NCBI GenBank assembly: GCA_054600435.1
Contig: BAAIJX010000057.1
Coordinates: 1-64,000 of the forward strand
Source of the DNA: Neophaeotheca triangularis
Taxonomy: Eukaryota
Direction of reading: 5' to 3'
Length of the DNA stretch: 64,000 nucleotides
Part shown: positions 24,326 to 36,008 of the stretch, piece by piece
Numbering within the stretch: the first letter of the stretch is position 1
How the letters are laid out: every line of letters starts with the position of its first letter
Translations under genes and position numbers: made by a program
The notes under the pieces: generated by a model
What the model saw: only the letters and a program-made list of their open reading frames with translations
Databases searched by the model: none
What the model was told of the DNA's origin: nothing

Positions 24326-25541
24326 CGTTTCGAGTAGGTTCAATGGTAGAAAGCACCCGTTTACGCCATGCCCGTGTTGAGTACAGTACAGTACAGTACA
24401 ATACAGATATTAGGGGAATCCAGCTCCTGAGACGAGAAGTGAAGGTGGAATATAGTAGAGGTAGTGAGCGGACGTGCGACTTGCGTGGCCTTTGTCTACC
24501 AAAGCTACTAACTAGGAGGTAATGGGACGTGAAAGGTCAGGTAAGCCGAATCTAGTAACAATGGCGAGCATAGCCAGGAGCGGCCCGCTTTGTTCCTTTA
24601 GCCAAAAGTTAATACATACACAACCTGAAATACTATTATAATAATAATAATAAGTCAGCGGCCAAGAAAGCTTTCCCGAGGTCTACCTAGGTACTACAAA
24701 ACGCGAAAGTAACGGTGGTAAGCTTTAACGTTATTACTCGACGAGTAGTTCGTCGGCAAGTAACCCTAATAAATAAAGAGGTATCTAACCTAAAGTAGGT
24801 AGGCAAGGTAGGTAGCTTGCACTGCTTCTTCTTCTTCATCGCGTCTTCACTTCCCGTCCATGCCGTCTTCCTTCTTACAGGCGGGCACATGTATACCTCG
24901 TTCACTTGGCACTAGGTACTAAGATATGCAACAGTCCAGGCATTGCAGCCTTCACCTACCTCGCTAGCTAATGACGAGACTTGTCGTTTGCGCGAGTCGA
25001 CGTATGTAGCCGGCGCCATTTCTAAACGACGATACAATCAAGGAAATCGAAACCGAGCAGGGATGTACGATGTACTGTAACTTATGATGTATCCAGCCAC
25101 ATGCAGCGGCTAGTCCCACCTGCACCTCTCTTCAACTACCTCATTTATACTAGTACCACCGTCCTACTTTATATCATTCTCTCGCCCGTTTCCCTCTCCC
25201 TTGACCGCATTCCCGCATTCCTCCTTTGTCTTCTGCGTTGATAGCGACTGCATATATCTACTCGAAAAAATTTACATGCCCATTATGCGAATCTGCGCTG
25301 CGTGACATCCGCTGGCATTGTCTGTCTAGTGACCGTGTCGCACACCTCGCGTTGCTACTGACGTCTTAGAAGCGCATATACACCTCGCACGAGCTCGACT
25401 GCTTAGACTCATTGGCTCCACTTTGATCGAGCTTGGAATCTGTTCGGTGTTCCAGGGAGTACGCACACGACTCCCTTCTCCCCGGCGATAGCTCTCGTTC
25501 CGCCGGGGTCGGTATCCGGAGCAACTCAGATCTAGCTTTCA

Positions 25542-28500
25542 ATGGCATCCATGGACGACCGCCGCCAGTCAGGGGTTTGGAAGGAGAATGGGGATGGCTA
25601 CTTTGATCAGGACTTCTCTCAGCAGTCACAGGCACCTTATCAGTACTACCAACCTCCGCCGCCCACCGACAAACGCCGTTCCTTCTCCGAGCGAGCTGGC
25701 GCCGCTAACATATCCTCATACCCTTCCAATGGCATTTCCAAGTCAACTCCTAAGAAACACCGAGCCAGCGCCCAGCCGGACCACTACGCCCCCAAAGCAA
25801 CATCCGACCCACCCTCCGCCCAACCGCAACTTCGTGTCGATCCAGATGCGCCGCCAGCCAACGACCGCTCAGGGCCATGGTCGCCGACTTCCCCTCAATC
25901 CCCCGAAACGCAGAGATTCAATCAGCGGCAAGCCGGCAATGCTACCGATCTCTTACGCCGTGGGTCAGTGCCTGACCGCAGCCCTCTACAGAATTTGGAG
26001 GTGAAACTAGACGATATCAGTAAAGAGGAGAAGCGCGCACGAATGGAAGAGGCTGAGTACCGTTCACGAAAGAAGAGTTCGGCTAAGCCCGCAATGCCTG
26101 CCGAGGGGGATATACTGCGCGCCAAGACTATGAGAGACCCAGGGAGATCGGCATCTGACGGGTCGAGGAGGCCTCATGAAAGCAATGGGCATTACGATAG
26201 CTCTAGACAAGCTTCTTCTGGCGCGCAGATGCCTCCAAATATCCAGGGCGCCGCTGAGGGTCAAACATATAGAGGCACCGGCGCTCAGCCCTATCCGCAG
26301 GATCGCTACGCCCAGCCTTCGAGCAATAACGTTGGAGTTCCCACGCGGCAGCCCTCAGGACGGAGCCGCGCGCCTAGCCAAGCGTTGCCTAGCCAAGCGT
26401 CGGGGCTATCAGGCGCAGACCAACCAGTCCAAAACCGATCCGAACAACAGCCACGTGCAAGTCTCGACAGAACGGCAAGCGGTAGCTATAAGCACCGAGC
26501 ACGAGATGCAGGCTTTGCTGGTGCAGCTGCGGCGGCCGCAACCGCAGGCGGCTCTCTTTCAGGATATAGCGCTGCCGACAGGGGTCGTATAGCCCATGAG
26601 CGACGCAAGGCACAGATGTCTGAATCACCTGCTGCGTCGCCAAATGGAAACGGCCCGAGTGCAGGCCAAAACCAAGGCAGTGTCGGTCGGAGCGAGAGTA
26701 GGAAATTGCAGAAGCGGCGCAACCCAACTGATGGTAGCTACAAACAGCCACCGCAGCCGGACTACTTAGCAGACCAGTTTAGGCCTCAAGGGCGAGACAT
26801 GAGCCACCGAGATGGTAGAGCTGCGCTTGGGGAAACTCTAATGCAGAATCGCGGAGGACACGGCGTCCAATCGGCGCAGCGAGCAGCCGCCGCGCATGAA
26901 GAGGCTGATATTGTTTCCCCTGATCAAGTCAAGACAGGTCCAAACGATCCATTGGCCTATAACGTTCCGCCTCAAACGGCAGCTGCTCGGCGAGCCAAGG
27001 AAGCGGTTGATTATGGCAACAGTACGCCTCCACAAGCGCAGCAACCCAATCAGACGCAGCAAAAACATCATCGGTTCCGCGACATGTTGCATCATCACAG
27101 CGGCCCAGAACGGAAATACCAGAGCTCTTCCAACCCGCTTGATGATTGGCGGTATGCAAGCATTGCTAGACTGACCGCGCAGGATCTTGAGTTCGATCCA
27201 TCTGCTACTGCACAGTCAAATACCGACGCTCAACGGTGGGATAAGGACAAGCAACGACGGCCAAGCACCAGTGGCTCTACACGCGGCTCTGCGCAGTACG
27301 ACCAGCCTTATGACGAAACAGCGCAGAGCTTCCGACCGCCCCTCTTCTTGAAGAGCGGACCTCTGCTACGCTACACTGGAATGCGTTTTGATGGTGCCGG
27401 TGAAACTTGGCGTGGAAGCATCATGATTGTTACCGAAGATGGGCAGTCTGACTACTCTCCTGTACCTAAGCTGCGTCTCTTCGCGCAACCTATGGAGCTA
27501 CATCAGCCACCCCCCAAACACCTATTGGAAAGTGGGCAAGAGCTGCCTCCCGAGTACGAAGATCCAGTCGCCGGCCAAGTCAAACTTTCCAGAACCGGCA
27601 GACCGTTGTACGTCCGGCCGGTCCATGATATCGACGGCGAGATTGACCTCAGTCGCGAGGAAAACAATTCTGGACTCTATGCCGCGACTCGCACACCGAT
27701 GCTTGGGCCTCAATCGAGTTCGGGTCCAGAGGGTCGTCAAGCCCCGCACATCACCTTCCAGGACAAGTCACGCATCAAGCGTAACGATGGCGAGCAAGCT
27801 GGCAAGTATCGAGAAGTTGAAGCCATACGTCTTCACAAAGAGCGCGGATTCACCTTTTGGCGCTTCAATGTCGAAATTGAGCTCGCATCATACCAAGCAC
27901 GCGTCGCCTACCGCATCAATCGTGGTCCTGCCATTGGCTTTTGGGTGCCCGCTCGTGGCCAGACGATGAACATCATGTTTCACTCCTGCAACGGTTTCTC
28001 CAAAACGGTCGATCCAGACCTCTTCTCCGGCCCCGATCCACTCTGGCGGGACGTCATGAACAAGCATCAAAGTCGCCCTTTCCATGTCATGCTCGGTGGA
28101 GGTGATCAGATATACAATGACAAGGTCATGAGCGAGACTGATTTGTTCAGAGAATGGCTTGAGATCAAGAACGCAGACCATAAGTATGAGGCAGAGTTCA
28201 CAGAAGAGATGCAAGATGAGCTTGAAGACTTCTACCTGGACCGATACGCCATGTGGTTCTCGCAGGGATTGTTTGCCATGGCTAATTCGCAAATACCCAT
28301 GGTGAACATTTGGGACGATCACGACATCATTGACGGCTTTGGATCGTACCCTCACCATTTCATGAGCACAAACGTCTTCACTGGCCTTGGTGCCGTGGCT
28401 TTCAAATACTACATGCTGTTCCAGCACCAATCGCTCATCTCCGAAACGACCAAGGAGGAGCCTAGTTGGTTGTTGGGCGCTAGCCCAGGACCTTATATCG

Positions 28501-30950
28501 ACCAGCTCAGTCGAAGTTTGTTTATGCACCTTGGTCGCAGCGTTGCTTTCCTAGGTCTTGATTGCCGTACTGAGCGCATGCGGGATGAAGTCCTGAGCGA
28601 AGAGACTTATAACGTCATATTTCAGCGTTGCCGACAGGAGATCGTCAAGGATGGGCCAGTGAAGCATCTTATTGTCTTGCTGGGCGTGCCTATTGCTTAC
28701 CCTCGACTCAATTTTCTGGAGAACATTCTTACGAGTCGCGCTATGGACCCTATCAAGGCCATTGGCCGTACCGGAGCTCTGGGAGGCTTCGTCAACAAGT
28801 TTGATGGAGGCGTAGAGATTCTGGACGATCTGGATGACCATTGGACGGCCAAGCATCACAAGGCTGAGCGAAATTGGTTCATTCAAGAGCTGCAGGAACT
28901 GGCCGCAGAGAGAAGCGTCCGTATCACTATTTTAGGTGGAGATGTGCATCTTGGCGCTGTCGGCCAGTTCTATTCCAACAAGAAGTTGGGAATTGCCAAA
29001 GACCAGGACCACCGATACATGCCTAACGTTATCTCGTCTGCTATTGTCAATACTCCTCCGCCCAACACGATGGCTGATGTGCTGAACAAGCGCAACAAAA
29101 TTCACCACCTCGACCACGAGACCGACGAAGACATGATCCCGATGTTCTCCCACGACGTAGACGGCTCGAGGCGCAACAATCATCATCTCCTTCCTAGACG
29201 CAATTATTGCACCATCAGAGAGTACACTCCAGGCTATACTCCACCACACAGCCCGGCACCCGACGATAGGCCCTCCTCTAATGCTTCAAACTTCTCCCCA
29301 CAATATCCCGAAGGGTTTGCGCCTGATGAACAGGACCAGAGAGACCGTCGCTACCCGCCTGGGTCGATGAAACGTAGCTCAAGCCTTGGCCGTGCCGGCA
29401 ACTTGATACGTCGACTTTCCGGCTCGAGAAGCAAGAACCCTCCACCTTCTCTCGCTCGACATAGCCCACGCGAAGACTCACAAGCAGCGCCAGGCAGCGT
29501 GCAAAGAAGCAGCAGCATGGGTTCCTCGCGCCAAAATGACTCACAGCATACACTCCAACGTCCAAGCTTCCATCGTCGTCCTACCGATCTCTCCGAGAAA
29601 GCGCGTGCAAAGAAAGCAGCCAACAAAGGTGGCGCCGACACCGACGCCGGTGCAATCAATCTGCAGGGCGGTCTCGACATCTCCCTGCGCCTTGAGATTG
29701 ACCAGAAAGATCCCGCCGGCTCCACGGAACCGTATCGACTTCTTGTCCCAGCACTGTTCTACGAAGGCCCTCCCGACGAGAACACTGCTCAATATCAGGG
29801 CCACAAGGTCGGTTTCATGGATCGTATCCGCGGTAGAGGGGGCGAGGAACGTAGCAGAAGTGGCAGCAGGGGTTCTAGCCGCAGCTCCTCCAGAAGCAGC
29901 TCGAGGTCCCCTAGCCCGCGTCCAACAGGCGATTCCCCCGCTGTCGCTGCTGGGCCTCTTGGTCAAGGGCAATCGCAACGTCTACCACCAGACCAACAAA
30001 TGGGACACGGCCGAAGGCACTCGACGCAGCAGCCGCGATTCGCCTCTCAGATCCAAGACCCGCCTCTGAGAGCCTCCATGCAACAACAACGCTCCTCTTC
30101 TCAACGAGTGCCCCAGCATATCCGCGGCATAGACGAGAACGACCCGGACGGGACTGCAGCCGCGCCACAACGTTCAAGCAGCGCGCGGGATCCGGTGAGA
30201 CAGAGCTACGACGCTGGCAACCGCTACCAAACCTCTGGTGGCGCAGCATCACGACGACAACAACAACAGAGCAACACTTCCATGGCTTACAACAAAGGCT
30301 ACGACATGTCCAACCCTCCAATCGGCTCCTCAGCCCCCCAGCCCCACCCGCAGCAGCAGCCACAACAACGCTCCACCTCCTACGACGCCGCCTACAACAC
30401 CCCCGCCCCCGCGCCTCAACAACAACGTGCAACCCTCAACCCGCCCCGCTCCCCGTACCCCCAGAACCGCCCCGCCAGCCCCGGAACCTCGAGTCTCGCT
30501 TCCGAAAATTACTCTGACAATGGCAACGACTTCAACAACGACAGGTACCCGCCGCAAAACGAGAAGAAACCCAGCGGGCTCAAACGCCTACTATCTCTCG
30601 GCAAGAGCGGGCGGAAAAAGGATAAATTCTCTTCAAAGCATGAGTATGACGATCCGCGAGACCGCGAGCGGTATGATGATGGTGGGTACGATAGCCAAGG
30701 CAGCTTGACGCCTTCGGAGGAGTGGAGCGAGGATGAGTACCAGCACAACGATGGGCGTGGGAGTGGGGCGGGGGCCGAGGGCTATGTGTCACCTGACGGA
30801 GAGGGGTATGAGCGACGCAGGCCTGTGGGTAAGGCGGAAAGGTTTTTGGGCATGGATGATGGGAAGAGTGGGCCGAGGACTTGGGATAATGGGGGCGAGG
30901 AGGGGGAAAGCAAGAAGGCGGGGAAGAAGAGTTGGAAGATTTGGAAGTAG
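25542..30950 (+). CDS. PhoD-like metallophosphatase domain protein with long disordered termini (1802 aa)
   Basis: FHSCNGFS, GGGDQIYND, WDDHDIIDGFGSY, LDCRTER, GGDVH motifs. Confidence 0.88.
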   Translation: MASMDDRRQSGVWKENGDGYFDQDFSQQSQAPYQYYQPPPPTDKRRSFSERAGAANISSYPSNGISKSTPKKHRASAQPDHYAPKATSDPPSAQPQLRVDPDAPPANDRSGPWSPTSPQSPETQRFNQRQAGNATDLLRRGSVPDRSPLQNLEVKLDDISKEEKRARMEEAEYRSRKKSSAKPAMPAEGDILRAKTMRDPGRSASDGSRRPHESNGHYDSSRQASSGAQMPPNIQGAAEGQTYRGTGAQPYPQDRYAQPSSNNVGVPTRQPSGRSRAPSQALPSQASGLSGADQPVQNRSEQQPRASLDRTASGSYKHRARDAGFAGAAAAAATAGGSLSGYSAADRGRIAHERRKAQMSESPAASPNGNGPSAGQNQGSVGRSESRKLQKRRNPTDGSYKQPPQPDYLADQFRPQGRDMSHRDGRAALGETLMQNRGGHGVQSAQRAAAAHEEADIVSPDQVKTGPNDPLAYNVPPQTAAARRAKEAVDYGNSTPPQAQQPNQTQQKHHRFRDMLHHHSGPERKYQSSSNPLDDWRYASIARLTAQDLEFDPSATAQSNTDAQRWDKDKQRRPSTSGSTRGSAQYDQPYDETAQSFRPPLFLKSGPLLRYTGMRFDGAGETWRGSIMIVTEDGQSDYSPVPKLRLFAQPMELHQPPPKHLLESGQELPPEYEDPVAGQVKLSRTGRPLYVRPVHDIDGEIDLSREENNSGLYAATRTPMLGPQSSSGPEGRQAPHITFQDKSRIKRNDGEQAGKYREVEAIRLHKERGFTFWRFNVEIELASYQARVAYRINRGPAIGFWVPARGQTMNIMFHSCNGFSKTVDPDLFSGPDPLWRDVMNKHQSRPFHVMLGGGDQIYNDKVMSETDLFREWLEIKNADHKYEAEFTEEMQDELEDFYLDRYAMWFSQGLFAMANSQIPMVNIWDDHDIIDGFGSYPHHFMSTNVFTGLGAVAFKYYMLFQHQSLISETTKEEPSWLLGASPGPYIDQLSRSLFMHLGRSVAFLGLDCRTERMRDEVLSEETYNVIFQRCRQEIVKDGPVKHLIVLLGVPIAYPRLNFLENILTSRAMDPIKAIGRTGALGGFVNKFDGGVEILDDLDDHWTAKHHKAERNWFIQELQELAAERSVRITILGGDVHLGAVGQFYSNKKLGIAKDQDHRYMPNVISSAIVNTPPPNTMADVLNKRNKIHHLDHETDEDMIPMFSHDVDGSRRNNHHLLPRRNYCTIREYTPGYTPPHSPAPDDRPSSNASNFSPQYPEGFAPDEQDQRDRRYPPGSMKRSSSLGRAGNLIRRLSGSRSKNPPPSLARHSPREDSQAAPGSVQRSSSMGSSRQNDSQHTLQRPSFHRRPTDLSEKARAKKAANKGGADTDAGAINLQGGLDISLRLEIDQKDPAGSTEPYRLLVPALFYEGPPDENTAQYQGHKVGFMDRIRGRGGEERSRSGSRGSSRSSSRSSSRSPSPRPTGDSPAVAAGPLGQGQSQRLPPDQQMGHGRRHSTQQPRFASQIQDPPLRASMQQQRSSSQRVPQHIRGIDENDPDGTAAAPQRSSSARDPVRQSYDAGNRYQTSGGAASRRQQQQSNTSMAYNKGYDMSNPPIGSSAPQPHPQQQPQQRSTSYDAAYNTPAPAPQQQRATLNPPRSPYPQNRPASPGTSSLASENYSDNGNDFNNDRYPPQNEKKPSGLKRLLSLGKSGRKKDKFSSKHEYDDPRDRERYDDGGYDSQGSLTPSEEWSEDEYQHNDGRGSGAGAEGYVSPDGEGYERRRPVGKAERFLGMDDGKSGPRTWDNGGEEGESKKAGKKSWKIWK

Positions 30951-31553
30951 ACTGGAAAATGTGTGGAACTGTGGAAGGTGGAGTGGCGCTGGAATGACGA
31001 GGTTTTTCTCTGGATACGAACGAGTTTGGAGGTGCTTTTGGCCGTGTGGTGCTTGGAGATATTTTGTCGCGAAGAGAGAGAGAGATTTTGGAAAGATTTA
31101 GGAGAGAGAGAGGGGGTTTCGGATTGAGATTGTAGCCTTCTTCCTGCTATATACCCATTCTAGTATTTGTTTGTATTCGAGCATTGACGATTCAAATGAC
31201 TAGTACACTTCAGGAAGCATCTGACCCAGTGTTCGAAAAGTGTTGACCCGGCGGATCCGGCGTCATCAACCGAGGGCGAACACAGCTAATAGGGAGAAGC
31301 ATGTAGATTCGACTTTGGTCAAGTGGAAAGAAAACAGTCGAAAAGCAAGACGAGAGTTCTTCTCGATATTAACCAAACAAAAGGGGGTATAAGTGGACGC
31401 GCCAACCACCGGTCCAGTCCAGTAATGCTCCCGCCCTCCGAACAATACAAAACAACCACAACAGCACAACAAATGAAACTAAGCAACCGCCTCAACTTTC
31501 GCAACCCCTATCTAGCGCCCCCAAAAACCCCTCTGTACCCCACCCACCCACAT

Positions 31554-34500
31554 TCACACCGCAACCCTCCCCTTCCCAGCATCCCCAACCCAATACCCAG
31601 CAATATCCGTCAAGCACTCGCCCATCACAAACGGACTAGCCATCAACCCATGGCCCTCGCCCTGCAGCACCCGAACCTCACACCGACCCCTGCGCGAGCC
31701 AGTACCGCCACCACCACCCTCACGACCCGCCTCCTCATTCCCCACCCACGCCCTGCGATTCATCTGCTCCGCAAGCCACCTGACATTGGCCAGCGGCACG
31801 CGCTTGTCGTCGGAACCGTGCGTGACGACCGTCTCGACGCCGACGTCGGTGTAGCGGAAGCCGACGTCGCGGTTGCGCTCGAGGCACACGAGCAAGTCGG
31901 TCGCGGGGTTGGAGTCGCGGATCGCGAGTTCCCAGGTGTGTTGCGTGAGGCGCGAAGTGTATTCGAGCTGGCGCTCGCGGGCGGCGTGCTCGGCCGCGTT
32001 GAGGGCCGTGGCGGCGTAGTCGAGGGCTGGGTCTGTGGGGCTGGCGGTGGCCGAGAGCACGACGCTGCTTCTTTTGGGTGTGACTTTGGGCGGTGTTTGG
32101 AGACGGGTTAGGTCGTCTTGGCTGAGGTGGAGGGGAAAGTTTTCCATGGAGCGTGGGTCGATGATTGGCATGTCTTGGTCCATGGTCATCATTGATTGCC
32201 GGCGGTTGTAGTCGGGGCGGCCGGCAAGTTTGCTGTTCGTGCCTTCTGAGGAGGTTGGACGGTTGTCTAAGGGTGGTCGTGCTGGGGAGAGAGAGGCTTG
32301 CCGTTGCGCGTCTTTTGATGCCTTTACTTGGCGCTTATTGGCGGGCTTGAGAGATGCGGAAGTTGCGTTCATGAATGAGGAGTTTGCTGCTTTGAGAAAA
32401 GGTGTCGGGAGGACACGGAGGAGACGCTGAGATCGCGGGAGGGCACCGGCGGGTGGTGCTGAGGACGTCGGATGTGATATGGTTTCGAGCTGGCTGGGTG
32501 GAATCCAAGGTGCTAGTAGGTGGACCTTGCCCTTTACCATCTGTGGCAGTATCAGAGCGGTTGCGAGTGCATAGATGGCGCCCGCAGAGTGTGCGAGAAT
32601 ACTGAACTTCGCTATTCCGAGCTCTTGACATATCGCCAAAACATCGTCTGGCCATCCTAGGGGCCCGGTTCTGTAATTAGCTGGATAGGGATCGCTGCCT
32701 CCGACCCCCGGTCTATCAATCGTAATTAAGCGTAATCGCAAAGTCGTAGCAAGCTCATCGTAGAACGCTGTTACGAACCGGGTCAAGCCCATGCCAACAC
32801 ACACAAAGACCGCCGCACCATCAGGGTCTCCCACTTCGGAATAGCTGATGCTACGCGCCGAAGATGAGCTCTTCACTCTGCGACTTAAACGAGGGTGCTG
32901 CAAATACTCGAGTACGTCATCCTCGACGCTGTCCCTGCGCGGTATAGGCTCGCGCTCCTCGTCAGCAACATTTCCATTGCGAGCGTCGCTCATCGACCTG
33001 CGCCGACTTTTCCGCCTCTGACTATCTGTCGGGAGGTCAGGATGGTTGGTGATCCAACGCTGGGACGTCTTGAGTTTGCCGGCAGGCTCAGAGGTTGTCT
33101 GTTGCAAGGATCTGGCAGTAGGCTCGGTTCTGTTCGTCTTGTTATTGTTCGCGAACGGATCGTACTCGTCCATCGGTGTCGGGATGCCGCTGCTGCGTCC
33201 CTTCGAAGCTCCTGCCTTCTTGTCGAGGTCCTGCAGTGCATCTACAGCTTGTACGTAAGAATAGTCGAGACTAAAGTTTAAAGTGTCCGAATTTGCCGTA
33301 GGTGGCCGTACAAGCATCGAAGGATTAGGCGTAGGCGTCCGTCCTTCGGCTGAATGAGTACGTTTGCGGTTTTGTTCAACTGATACGCGTTCTGGGGACG
33401 GGCCACGAAGATGATTCGCTGAATTCAAAGATGGTACGATTGACTGATGGCTTGCAATACCGAGCAGCCTATGCGCTTTGGCCGGAGGCTCGGTGGACGC
33501 TCTGTTGGCCGTTGGTCGGCTGTAGCCTACAGTGTCCGGACTTTCGCTCAAGAAAGGCGCCATCGGTCCGGAAGATTCGTCTTGGACTGGCGACCCAGAG
33601 AGATCTTTGCTTTCTCGAATGCGCTGTTCTCGCAATTGCTTGAGCTGCCGAATACGCCTCACTGTCCCGTCTTCCTCTCCGAGGTCTGCCCAGCTGGTCT
33701 CATCGACCGAATGACTTTGCGCCATTGGTGAAGGTTTGCAATCGCTCGGTTCCATCAAATTCGACCTCTTTTTCTTCTCCTTGCGTTTTTGCGCACTCGG
33801 ACTCTTAGTATGCCGTAGCGACGAAGTGCGAAGAGGTATCGAGTCTGTGATGGGACTCTCCTTTGGCGATGTCTTCACCGAGGAAACTGAAGGCTGCGAC
33901 AGGGTTTCGGTCGGCCGTTTGCTAACTCTTCTAGAGTTGTCGACGGCTTCCGGCTGCGTAGTAGAATTTGGCGATTCCGATGCGATCGTTTCCTCTTCAA
34001 TTGTCGTGTCCGTCAAGTACAGCCTCGCTTTGCTTATTTTCTGTGGCGGCGTCTTGACGATAACCTCCTCGCCTGCCGAGGTATCCGGCCTTTCAGCAAT
34101 TTGCTCTGGTACAGTCACCCTCTTGTCCGCTCTGAATGTTTCATAAGAGCTCATTCTTCTCACGCTGCCTCCCCCACCATTGCTCCGGCTGCCCTGGCTC
34201 TCCAACGACTCCCGACTAGCTCCGTGCGACTTGTTCCAACCGTCGGCACTCAGTTTCTTTCCATTTTGTGCACCTCCTTCGGTCGCGTCTTTACTCGGTC
34301 CGGACCAAGAGCTCTTGCGCGACGCAACGCTGGCTGGCTTGAAACGCTGAGTAGTGCTCCTCGAGAGACTAGGACTGCGCGACCTCGAATAGGTGCTCTG
34401 TCCACTGGGAGCTCGTGACGTTCGTATTGTGGGTGGCATAGCGGCGTCGCTGCTACTCCCTTCGTCATCGGTGGGCGCGCCGGTCTCGTATTCCATGCCA

Positions 34501-34835
34501 AACCCACTCACACCCGGGGCGGGAAGGGAGAAGCGTTTGGAGCGCCTAGACCGCGCGCCTCCCGCACTCGACCAGCGCCGTGAAGGCGCCTCTTGTTGAC
34601 CATTGGACGCGGTGCCATTGGACAGCGGAAGCGCCTCCAGAGACGAGATGATGCTGGAGATGACGGTGGGATCTGCTGGACGGGCGCGTACATGGTTCGG
34701 TGAGCGCTTCTTGGGAGTAGAGCGACTAGCGTGCGAGGATGGAGGTTGCGACTTTGGTCGGCGCGATTTGGAAGCCTCGGACCATCGTTGTTCACGTAAT
34801 GACGGGGTGGCAGGCAGAGGATGATGGACGTCCAT
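31554..34835 (-). CDS. Alpha/beta hydrolase with long low-complexity N-terminus
   Basis: DRPGVGGS, nucleophile elbow AHSAG, HGSDDKRVP, GEGHGLM. First in-frame ATG is at 34835, so the start is uncertain. Confidence 0.88.
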   Translation of the reverse strand: MDVHHPLPATPSLREQRWSEASKSRRPKSQPPSSHASRSTPKKRSPNHVRARPADPTVISSIISSLEALPLSNGTASNGQQEAPSRRWSSAGGARSRRSKRFSLPAPGVSGFGMEYETGAPTDDEGSSSDAAMPPTIRTSRAPSGQSTYSRSRSPSLSRSTTQRFKPASVASRKSSWSGPSKDATEGGAQNGKKLSADGWNKSHGASRESLESQGSRSNGGGGSVRRMSSYETFRADKRVTVPEQIAERPDTSAGEEVIVKTPPQKISKARLYLTDTTIEEETIASESPNSTTQPEAVDNSRRVSKRPTETLSQPSVSSVKTSPKESPITDSIPLRTSSLRHTKSPSAQKRKEKKKRSNLMEPSDCKPSPMAQSHSVDETSWADLGEEDGTVRRIRQLKQLREQRIRESKDLSGSPVQDESSGPMAPFLSESPDTVGYSRPTANRASTEPPAKAHRLLGIASHQSIVPSLNSANHLRGPSPERVSVEQNRKRTHSAEGRTPTPNPSMLVRPPTANSDTLNFSLDYSYVQAVDALQDLDKKAGASKGRSSGIPTPMDEYDPFANNNKTNRTEPTARSLQQTTSEPAGKLKTSQRWITNHPDLPTDSQRRKSRRRSMSDARNGNVADEEREPIPRRDSVEDDVLEYLQHPRLSRRVKSSSSARSISYSEVGDPDGAAVFVCVGMGLTRFVTAFYDELATTLRLRLITIDRPGVGGSDPYPANYRTGPLGWPDDVLAICQELGIAKFSILAHSAGAIYALATALILPQMVKGKVHLLAPWIPPSQLETISHPTSSAPPAGALPRSQRLLRVLPTPFLKAANSSFMNATSASLKPANKRQVKASKDAQRQASLSPARPPLDNRPTSSEGTNSKLAGRPDYNRRQSMMTMDQDMPIIDPRSMENFPLHLSQDDLTRLQTPPKVTPKRSSVVLSATASPTDPALDYAATALNAAEHAARERQLEYTSRLTQHTWELAIRDSNPATDLLVCLERNRDVGFRYTDVGVETVVTHGSDDKRVPLANVRWLAEQMNRRAWVGNEEAGREGGGGGTGSRRGRCEVRVLQGEGHGLMASPFVMGECLTDIAGYWVGDAGKGRVAV

Positions 34836-35125
34836 GGTTTCAAGTAGTTGGTGTACCGTCCACTCGGTATCTTCACCTTTCTCCCATTGGACATGCGTTC
34901 GCTCCGCTCTCTTCACGGCCAATAATAAAGCTGCTAGGCGAGGGGTGAGGCTGTTCTGTCGGCGATGCCCGGCGGCTCCCTTAGCGTTCGCGTTTGGATT
35001 GTCGCGTAGGGTCCATGTTCGATAACACTACTGCGTCACTCGCTGTGCAGCTCTCAGAAATGCTCGCGCGATCCGAGACAGAAGTGGTGATAAGTTAGGG
35101 AGAGGAAAGATGGTAAACGGTGGAG

Positions 35126-35171
35126 GGTAGAGGGTAGAGGGTAGACGGTAGACGGTAGACGGTAGACGGTA
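35126..35171. repeat. 7-bp tandem repeat (GGTAGAG/GGTAGAC) x~6.5
   Basis: ggtagag x2, ggtagac x4, ggta. Confidence 0.85.
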
Positions 35172-36008
35172 TCAAAGTTCCCAGGGTGTCAAGGCGAGGC
35201 TGACGATGTGCCGGATCAAGCTCCTGAGTACTCACTACTAGCACTGCTTCCTATATGTATTTATTATGTACCTCCTATACGTATTCATAGGGTAAGGTAA
35301 AGGGGTGCACTGTACTGTGCAGGGCCCAGGGGGGGAAATGATCGACAGAAACTCCTTCGGCGCCACCAGCCGGCTTCCCGCCACACGCTTCATTAAGTGC
35401 TTGCATGAAATAAACACAGCATCGCATCGCATCGCACCTCTATCCTGCGGCGAGCATACGCTCTCGTTCCACCACGGACAATCAATCTCCTTTTGCGTTT
35501 GACAACTACGGGTAGGATATTCAAAATATAGCGATTCCAATGTTATTAATGTTATCCACGTACTTAAAAGAATAATCACTACTACCTTAATTAGGTATAA
35601 CGTACCTGGCCTAGGTGCTCCAACGAATTGCCAAGAGCTTGCTCACGTGCTGGGTGGGGCCATCTCCATCCAGCCTTCGACTTCTCGACCTCATCCCGAC
35701 CATCACACGCCTGCGCGATACATGACGACGGGGTTCTCAAAGTTGCTTGATGACCCCGACCCTTTTACGTTCTTCTCACATACCACCCTGGCCTATGGAT
35801 GAATATGACCTCAAGGAGGTATACTGTCGACAATATTCTACGCGCTACAACAACATCTTAGTCCCATCCCATTCGAGCCACACATCCTCAGGAACGCATG
35901 AACTGGGTCGCGTCCATCATAAGTCAGGAAATCGTACATTGAATCTATATCCAAGTAGCCCTGTTCATACCCCAATGAGGGTTCCGCCAGCGCGTCAACA
36001 ATCAAAAC

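Noticed and set aside
31323..32111. 262-aa plus-strand ORF
   Set aside because: Antisense to the hydrolase C-terminus, non-ATG start, low complexity.
35126..35171. Tandem repeat as a CRISPR or telomere-like array
   Set aside because: Simple 7-bp unit with no spacers, eukaryotic context, and not TTAGGG.
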